NCBI GenBank assembly: GCA_009995455.1
Contig: JAACPJ010000005.1
Span: 8,048 to 72,047 of the forward strand
Length of the DNA stretch: 64,000 bases
Origin: a bacterium
GTDB taxonomy: Bacteria > Patescibacteriota > Gracilibacteria > UBA4473
Direction of reading: 5' to 3'
Both the position numbers and the translations under genes were made by a program. The first letter of the stretch is position 1. Every line of letters starts with the position of its first letter. The notes beneath the pieces are model-generated. The model had not been told where the DNA came from, searched no databases, and worked only from the letters and a program-made list of their open reading frames with translations. Positions 57,905 through 64,000 of this stretch are shown here, one piece after another.

Positions 57905-58993
57905 ATGGGTATAGAAATTTTTTTGGTTATCGGCATAGTGTTTGTGTTGATCGGCTTGGCCGTTGTGGGTTATTTTTTGTGGCAACAGCAACAAGCGCCT
58001 AAAGATTCACCAGAGCTGCAACAATTACTAGAATCTCTTAATCGAGACAAAGAAGATCGCTACCGGGAACAAGAAAGTTTAAAGAATGAACTGCGTGAAA
58101 ATTCGAAGCATTTACGAGAAGAATTCTTTCGGGTAAACAAAACCGTTGATACAAAGCTAACAGAAAGCTCTAAACAATTGAATGAACGACTTGATAAGTC
58201 ATCGAGTGTGATTGGAAGCTTGCAAAAAGAGCTTGGGAAAATGGGTGAGATTGGTTCTAAGATTGAAAATCTCGACAAAATTCTACGGGCTCCAAAAGGG
58301 CGCGGTTCAATGGGCGAAGAAGGTTTAGAAGAAATTTTAGGGACGGTTTTTCCGCAAGCCTTATGGGAACGTCAATACGCTATGGGAACAGGGGCTACGG
58401 TTGATGCGGTGGTTAAGACAAACAATGGGATTATTCCGATTGATGCCAAATTTCCTTTACCGGCCTTTGAGATGATTGTTAATGCCGAGACAGCCGAGCA
58501 ATCAACTTTGGCTCAAAAAGAGTTTCAGAAGGCCTTAAAAGCCCGAATAAACGAGGTAGCGAAGTATATCAAGCCAGAACTAAATACTTTAGATTTTGCC
58601 ATTATGTTTTTGCCAAGTGAAAGTATTTATTACGAAGCGGCCATTCGGTCTCGTGAAATTTACGAATACTCCCGTGAAAAAAAGGTTTTGCTAACGGGTC
58701 CCAATACTTTGGTTTACGTCCTTCAAGTAATTTTAAGTGCTTACCAAAGCCAACAGTTTGCGAAACAGGCTCAAGCCGCGTTAGCGCAATTAGGGGGGGT
58801 AAAAAAACAAGCCGAGAAATTAGATGAAGCGGTTCGTTTAACCGCGACCCATTTAGGGCGAGCTTCAAGCCAAATTACGTCGGTACAAACCGAAAACGAT
58901 AAACTTCAAAATCAAATTGAACGGGTTTCGAGCTTAGATGTGAGCGCGAGTGCAGAATCTTTAGAAACCGAAGAACGCCCTAGTTTACTTTAA
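57905..58993 (+). CDS. rmuC: DNA recombination protein RmuC
   Basis: N-terminal TM, coiled coil, RGSMGE, IPIDAKFP, FAIMFLPSESIY. Confidence 0.9.
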   Translation: MGIEIFLVIGIVFVLIGLAVVGYFLWQQQQAPKDSPELQQLLESLNRDKEDRYREQESLKNELRENSKHLREEFFRVNKTVDTKLTESSKQLNERLDKSSSVIGSLQKELGKMGEIGSKIENLDKILRAPKGRGSMGEEGLEEILGTVFPQALWERQYAMGTGATVDAVVKTNNGIIPIDAKFPLPAFEMIVNAETAEQSTLAQKEFQKALKARINEVAKYIKPELNTLDFAIMFLPSESIYYEAAIRSREIYEYSREKKVLLTGPNTLVYVLQVILSAYQSQQFAKQAQAALAQLGGVKKQAEKLDEAVRLTATHLGRASSQITSVQTENDKLQNQIERVSSLDVSASAESLETEERPSLL

Positions 58994-59063
58994 AACAATA
59001 TCATTAAATCCCAGCATGACAGCCTGATTTTTTTTTCTATACTGTCGCTGAAAAATCTTTCCT

Positions 59064-60356
59064 ATGACATTAAAACTCGATTGGTTTGCTGATAACGCCT
59101 TAGAACTTTTAGCCGAGCACCGCATTGCTTTGAAGCTAGATGAAGCTCAAGATTTACAAAAAAAATTAGGTCGCCCAATGACCTTGGCCGAAGCGACAAT
59201 TTTTGGAATTCAATTATCAGAACACTGTAGTTATAAAAGTTCTCGTCCACATTTAAGTGGATTTCCAACCAAAGGGCCAACCGTGGAACTTGGACCCGCC
59301 GAAGATGCCGGTGTTTTGCGGGTTTTTGAACATGAAGGTGAAAGATACTGTATTGCGGTGGGGCATGAATCGCACAATAGCCCGAGTCGGATTGTACCGT
59401 TTGAAGGTGCGGCTACCGGAATTGGAGGCATTGTGCGTGATATTATGTGTATGGGCGCTCGTCCGGTTGGGGTTCTAGATTCTCTTCGGTTAGGTGATAC
59501 CATCGACCCAGAACAACGAAATATTGCACAAGGAGTTGTGGCCGGAATTGCCGGTTATGGAAATCCACTAGGCGTACCCAATGTGGGGGGAGATGTTTGG
59601 TTTGATAAAGCTTTTAACGGTAACTGTTTAGTTAATGTTACCGCTTTAGGTTCACTTAGAGCTTCAGACCTTATTCACTCTTACGTGCCGAAAGAAGCGG
59701 CTGAAGAAAAATGGGAACTGATTATTATTGGCAAGCCAACTGATAACTCTGGTTTCGGAGGCGCTAGTTTTTCATCTGAAGGATTTAGTGAAGACGACGA
59801 TTTAGAGTTTAAAAAAGCGGCGGTTCAAGAGCCAAATCCTTTTTTAGAACGACATTTAGTGGCTTCGATTATGGATTTAATCGACTCACTTAAAGCAACC
59901 AATGAACTTCACAAAATAGCCTGTAAAGATTTAGGGGCTGGTGGTGTGCTTTGTGCCACCGTAGAATTATGTGAAGGCGGTGGTTATGGGGCCGATGTTA
60001 AATTAGATGACTTACATGTAGCCAAAGAAGGTTTTTTACCACATGTAATTGCGTGTTCTGAAACTCAAGAACGATTTTGTTTTGCGTGTCATCCTTCACA
60101 AACTCAACGCATTATTGACCACTTTGAAAAAAAGTGGGAGCTGGGAAAAGTCGCGGCACACGCTGGAGCTTCAAAAGTCGGTGTGGTTCGAGCTGATGGC
60201 CAGTATAAAGTCACCTACGGAGATGAATTACTGTGTGATGCACCAGCCAGCTTAATTACCGAAGGGATTATCTACGATCGTCCTTATACTTCTAAAAAAC
60301 TTGAGCCTCAACAAAAAGAAGTGAAGTATGAAAATGGAATGGTGCTGTTTGCTTAA
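59064..60356 (+). CDS. purL: Phosphoribosylformylglycinamidine synthase PurL, N-terminal half only
   Basis: SEHCSYKSS, ESHNSPS, GAATGIGGIVRDI, DLGAGG, SETQER; ends after the first PurM-like domain. Confidence 0.8.
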   Translation: MTLKLDWFADNALELLAEHRIALKLDEAQDLQKKLGRPMTLAEATIFGIQLSEHCSYKSSRPHLSGFPTKGPTVELGPAEDAGVLRVFEHEGERYCIAVGHESHNSPSRIVPFEGAATGIGGIVRDIMCMGARPVGVLDSLRLGDTIDPEQRNIAQGVVAGIAGYGNPLGVPNVGGDVWFDKAFNGNCLVNVTALGSLRASDLIHSYVPKEAAEEKWELIIIGKPTDNSGFGGASFSSEGFSEDDDLEFKKAAVQEPNPFLERHLVASIMDLIDSLKATNELHKIACKDLGAGGVLCATVELCEGGGYGADVKLDDLHVAKEGFLPHVIACSETQERFCFACHPSQTQRIIDHFEKKWELGKVAAHAGASKVGVVRADGQYKVTYGDELLCDAPASLITEGIIYDRPYTSKKLEPQQKEVKYENGMVLFA

Positions 60357-60365
60357 TGACTAAGA

Positions 60366-60944
60366 ATGCCTTTCAAAGAAAAAATTCTAATCGCGCTGAA
60401 CCTCATTATTTTATTGTTAGGCAGTATTTATTTTCTGCAATCTCTTAATTTTGAGTTTGTGCTTTATGTGGCGGTGTTAGTGCTTTTGGCAGCTTTTGTT
60501 TACCGGCTGCATCGAAAATTTAACCTAAGTTTTACCGTTTTACTCGGTTTATCAATTTGGGCCTGGTTGCATATAGCGGGTGGCAGTCTCCCTTTCGAGG
60601 GATCGGTTTTGTATAATTGGCAAGTACTAGATTTAATTGGTGAGCCCTACGTAATATTTAAATACGATCAGTTTGTGCACTTTTTCGGATTCGCGGTGAC
60701 CGCATTGCTGTTTAGTGAATGCTTAAAACCATCATTATCTCAATCGGCCCGATTAACGCTGGCTGTTGTCTCTTTTTTTGCGGCAATGGGCGCTGGGGCG
60801 CTGAACGAAATTGTAGAATTTGTAGCGACGGTTTTAGTCCCCGAGACGAATGTGGGAGGCTATTATAATACGGCTTTAGATTTAGTCTTTAATGCGGCGG
60901 GCGCATTAGTGGCTGGCCTTTATATCTTCTTTAAAAAAAATTAG
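60366..60944 (+). CDS. DUF2238/YjdF-like membrane protein
   Basis: LHIAGG, YDQFVHFFGF, GALNEIVEF, DLVFN. Confidence 0.78.
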   Translation: MPFKEKILIALNLIILLLGSIYFLQSLNFEFVLYVAVLVLLAAFVYRLHRKFNLSFTVLLGLSIWAWLHIAGGSLPFEGSVLYNWQVLDLIGEPYVIFKYDQFVHFFGFAVTALLFSECLKPSLSQSARLTLAVVSFFAAMGAGALNEIVEFVATVLVPETNVGGYYNTALDLVFNAAGALVAGLYIFFKKN

Positions 60945-60971
60945 CAGAAACGTCCTTGAGCAAACGGTTAT

Positions 60972-61814
60972 TTAATTTAGGCCACCTTCACTGTGCAAGA
61001 AGCTGAAGTCGAATAACGAACCGAGGCTTTTTTGCGCGTAATCAAAACGAATGTGTTTTTCTCGGTTTAAATGGGTTCCAACCGAATGAATATGGGCCGC
61101 ATGTGGAGCCATGGTGGTTCCAGAGAAAGTATAGGCCACTGGGGCGGTTTGTAAGTTTTGAATGGAGATAAAGCAGGTATTTTTGTCTACCGTGCTCCAG
61201 CTGTTGAAATTAGTGTTGTTCCCATTATCTTCAAATCCATTGGTGGTTAATAAATTTGAAATGTCTGCATTGGCTTCCGCTTGAAGCGCCACGGTTGCTC
61301 CGGTTATAGAATCTTCACATAAAAATCTCCAAAAGTAACGTCCCGCCGTATCTAAATTAACCGCTACCGTTCCCGTTACCGGGCTGGTTGTCGTTCCAAT
61401 AGCCGCGTCCGTATCTTGTTGAAATCTAAATTTTTGGCTTTCGAGTGGTGGTAAAATAAATTCGAATTCATCGTCTGGAAAGTTGTCGGCGGTGGTATCG
61501 ATTATGTTTCTAATCGAGACTTCTGTATGGGCATCTTCAAGCTCTGGGATGATATTCGCGAGATCTGGTTCAACATGATTAATCGGATCGTTTTTCAGTT
61601 GCCATAAGGCTTTCTCGACCCCAGATTCCGCACTGAAATAGGCTTTTTCAGATAAAAACAAATCGGCTGAAAGTTCCAGTTCACGCACTGCTAAACGCGC
61701 CGACATAACCCCAACGGTAATCATTAAACCAGACAGCACAATGCTGATAAGCATGGCTGAACCTTCGGTTTTCACCTTTGGTTTTCTTAGTTTTATGAAT
61801 TTAATTTTAAACAT
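60972..61814 (-). CDS. PilX-like minor pilin
   Basis: KTEG-SAMLISIV N-terminus, AYFSAESGVEKAL. Confidence 0.75.
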   Translation of the reverse strand: MFKIKFIKLRKPKVKTEGSAMLISIVLSGLMITVGVMSARLAVRELELSADLFLSEKAYFSAESGVEKALWQLKNDPINHVEPDLANIIPELEDAHTEVSIRNIIDTTADNFPDDEFEFILPPLESQKFRFQQDTDAAIGTTTSPVTGTVAVNLDTAGRYFWRFLCEDSITGATVALQAEANADISNLLTTNGFEDNGNNTNFNSWSTVDKNTCFISIQNLQTAPVAYTFSGTTMAPHAAHIHSVGTHLNREKHIRFDYAQKSLGSLFDFSFLHSEGGLN

Positions 61815-62464
61815 TAATATTGTCGGGAAGAAATGGTGGTTTGGCTTGCAATGGCTAAATCTTGGTAGGCTCCGTTTTGTGGGCTTACCTCAATGTAAAC
61901 CGTTACCTTGGGCTGCATTTGATCGTTGGCTAAAATCTGTGGATTATCGGCCGGTGAAAAAGAAAAATTTAGTGAAGTCACATTAAACTTTTTTGGCGAA
62001 AGTAGAGGTTGAGCATTAGACTTTGCATCGGCAAAACTAGCTGGGTCGCTTCCCATTATAAATGATTCGGCCACGGTATCTGAATCTAAATCAGCGTGCT
62101 CGAAATAGTAATAGGTCCCATTAGGGTCAATTAGGCATAGTTGTTTACTACCACCCGCATTAACGGATGCACAGTTTTGTCCAGCCGGAATCGCTACGTA
62201 GGCTTCATAATCAATACTGGTAGAACGTACTTTGTCTGCAAAACGATTTAAAGCAAAACGTATTTCACTTTGAAGTTCTCGGCTCATCGCCATTTTTTGT
62301 TGGGTTTGCAAGAAAGTCCAATAACTGGCTAACACTAAGGTCAGCATTATTCCGGTAATTACCATGGCGACTAGAAGTTCGATCAGTGTAAAACCACTCG
62401 GTTTTGTTTGAATTTTTTTAAGTTTCAAACGCATTTTATTAGAAGCAAAATTTAATTTTTTCAT
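61814..62464 (-). CDS. Type IV pilin-like protein (PilW-like)
   Basis: G-FTLIELLVAM N-methylation motif; start uncertain (62464 or 62434). Confidence 0.85.
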   Translation of the reverse strand: MKKLNFASNKMRLKLKKIQTKPSGFTLIELLVAMVITGIMLTLVLASYWTFLQTQQKMAMSRELQSEIRFALNRFADKVRSTSIDYEAYVAIPAGQNCASVNAGGSKQLCLIDPNGTYYYFEHADLDSDTVAESFIMGSDPASFADAKSNAQPLLSPKKFNVTSLNFSFSPADNPQILANDQMQPKVTVYIEVSPQNGAYQDLAIASQTTISSRQY

Positions 62465-62465
62465 C

Positions 62466-63020
62466 TTAGTTTTTGCGCCAATTAGTAAGCGTTTGGACGG
62501 CCGATACGTTTTGAGGTCTACCATTAAATTCCCAATTGACTCGACATTCCAAATCGAGTGTTTCGGTATTTGAATCGGGATCAACATGTTCCATAACTCT
62601 GGTATAGAGAGTGTCTTCTGGATCAGCTAAAACGGGGAAATGGGTTAAAGTACTTCCTTCTTTCCAAACGACATCATTCCCTGAACCGAGTGTTTCAATT
62701 TTGATAGCGGCCGGCATATTGTTGCAAGCGCCTCCGACATTTACAGAGCCGGTATTTTGTGAAGAGAGCACGAACTCATCTCCCACATTTCCAAAGGCAC
62801 AGTCCCAAGGACGGTAATTGACCCAGGCCGTATCGCGTAGGTTTCTCGCTAACTCTGTACACTCTTGAGCTAAATAAACCGCTTTGGTGCGCTTTAAATT
62901 TTGTTGTGTTGAAAATACCACCGTGGTTAATAAATAAAGCGCAGCAGTCATGCTGCTTGCCAAAATAAACATTACAATTAATGCCTCGATCAAAGTGAAA
63001 CCCTGTTTAACTTTCATCAT
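62466..63020 (-). CDS. Type IV pilin-like protein (PilV-like)
   Basis: QG-FTLIEALIV motif. Confidence 0.85.
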   Translation of the reverse strand: MMKVKQGFTLIEALIVMFILASSMTAALYLLTTVVFSTQQNLKRTKAVYLAQECTELARNLRDTAWVNYRPWDCAFGNVGDEFVLSSQNTGSVNVGGACNNMPAAIKIETLGSGNDVVWKEGSTLTHFPVLADPEDTLYTRVMEHVDPDSNTETLDLECRVNWEFNGRPQNVSAVQTLTNWRKN

Positions 63021-63514
63021 GGTGTATCGGTCGTTACCAAGCCTGATTTTGTATACAATGTTAAGTCTGAAGTAAGCCCTATATTATCTAGTATAATTGT
63101 GAGCGGATCGGTGCTGGCTGGAGTAACAATCTGCATGTCACCATGTGGTGCTAAGAATTTCACAGAAAAGTCAGCGCTATTAATTAAAGTATTGCCTTCA
63201 AGTGGATGTTGAAAACTCCCACTAGCGGCATTGCTAATGGCAGTTCTTGTCGTACATATGTAATCATCACATTCAAAAACTAAATAGTGATCGGCGCCAC
63301 TATTGCCTTCTAAAAAATAATGCTTTGATCTAGACCGGGCTTGCGAATAAGCTTCACTAAAACCCGTTTGTAATAAACTAGTACTATTTTTTAAATCAAT
63401 TTTTTGTCGAAACTTTAAATAATCAGGCGCAGCTATAACGGCTAGAATTCCTATTAGAACAATTACTACCAGGAGCTCGATTAACGTGAAAGCGGCCGCG
63501 CGAGCTTTCATCAT
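63017..63514 (-). CDS. Type IV pilin-like protein (FimT/FimU-like)
   Basis: A-FTLIELLVVIVLIGILA motif. Confidence 0.85.
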   Translation of the reverse strand: MMKARAAAFTLIELLVVIVLIGILAVIAAPDYLKFRQKIDLKNSTSLLQTGFSEAYSQARSRSKHYFLEGNSGADHYLVFECDDYICTTRTAISNAASGSFQHPLEGNTLINSADFSVKFLAPHGDMQIVTPASTDPLTIILDNIGLTSDLTLYTKSGLVTTDTP

Positions 63515-63518
63515 TTAT

Positions 63519-63998
63519 TTAAGCGGTAGAAGCAAATAAGTCTTGGAGGCCAAAGATAGGCATTAATACAGCGAAAATCAGGAAGGCTACCGCGACTCCA
63601 ACAAAAAGAATAATGATCGGTTCAATAACCGTCGATAGATTTTTAAGCTGAGCTTCAACTTCTAGATCATATTGATCTCCTAGTTTCTGCAGTACTTCCG
63701 CCATATGTCCTGTTTTTTCTCCTACTTCTAAAATTTCACCCACCACCGAATCAATGTTGTTTGATTCTAAAAAAGATTGGTGCAAAGAAGCTCCGTTTCG
63801 AACTTTCATCTCGATATCAAAAATATCATCGCCAATAATTTTGTTTGGAATAATTTCTCCCATTACTCTTAAGGCCTTACTTAATGGTATTCCTGCCGCC
63901 ATAAGGGTCGCAAAATTTTGACTAATTTTGGTCACCTGAATGTTGCTTACCAGTTCTTTTGTTGGTGGAAAATCTAAAATAAATCGATGCCACGATCT
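63519..63998 (-). CDS. pilC: Type IV pilus platform protein PilC/GspF, C-terminal part (runs off window)
   Basis: AGIPLSKAL, VGEKTG, IEPIIILFVG..LMPIF; frame open to window edge. Confidence 0.88.
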   Translation of the reverse strand, partial: RSWHRFILDFPPTKELVSNIQVTKISQNFATLMAAGIPLSKALRVMGEIIPNKIIGDDIFDIEMKVRNGASLHQSFLESNNIDSVVGEILEVGEKTGHMAEVLQKLGDQYDLEVEAQLKNLSTVIEPIIILFVGVAVAFLIFAVLMPIFGLQDLFASTA

Positions 63999-64000
63999 TT

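Noticed and set aside
59012-59050. Inverted repeat upstream of purL as a purine or ZTP riboswitch
   Set aside because: Lacks the conserved aptamer nucleotides and overlaps a plausible ATGACA/TATACT promoter.
432-62817. Many short antisense or alternate-frame ORFs in the track (e.g. 886-1227, 9728-10114, 32698-33156, 37009-37428, 47155-47496)
   Set aside because: They overlap well-supported genes and carry no recognisable motifs; treated as shadow ORFs.
1-64000. Alternative genetic code (UGA=Gly, as in Gracilibacteria/Absconditabacteria)
   Set aside because: Conserved genes are uninterrupted under code 11, and TGA ends gpmI (4348-4350) and metK (25261-25263) at their expected C-termini.
1-64000. 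CRISPR array, retron/DGR, integrase, transposase or prophage
   Set aside because: No repeat-spacer array, RT motif or recombinase motif seen. The only long repeats are in-frame protein repeats.

Overview
A gene-dense, AT-rich bacterial chromosome segment using the standard genetic code (TGA ends gpmI and metK at their normal C-termini). The content points to a Patescibacteria/CPR organism, possibly Peregrinibacteria-like (inference): VirB2/TrbC-like pilins, a VirD4/TraD-like ATPase, type IV pilus genes, S-layer proteins and scattered orphans. Housekeeping genes include pyrH, gpmI, cysS, metK (with a SAM-I riboswitch), murC, trxB, pcrA, rmuC, five tRNAs and the infA-rpmJ-rpsM-rpsK-rpsD-rpoA-rplQ-rplM-rpsI operon. 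I saw no CRISPR array, integrase, transposase or reverse transcriptase. Most notable: (1) an S-layer-anchored protein with four tandem potato-I/I78-type protease-inhibitor domains whose predicted P1 residues are M, M, E, R; (2) nine VirB2-like pilin domains in five genes, including triple-pilin proteins and a pilin-esterase fusion next to a PilT-like ATPase; (3) a MutY lacking its Fe-S cluster and fused to an intact Nudix domain; (4) two unannotated structured intergenic RNA candidates; (5) an AT-rich RloC/Rad50-like ATPase behind tRNA-fMet; (6) a CstR-like repressor operon with its operator; (7) a half-length PurL; (8) many -10 boxes directly before start codons, suggesting leaderless mRNAs. 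All family calls come from reading motifs by eye, not from database searches.
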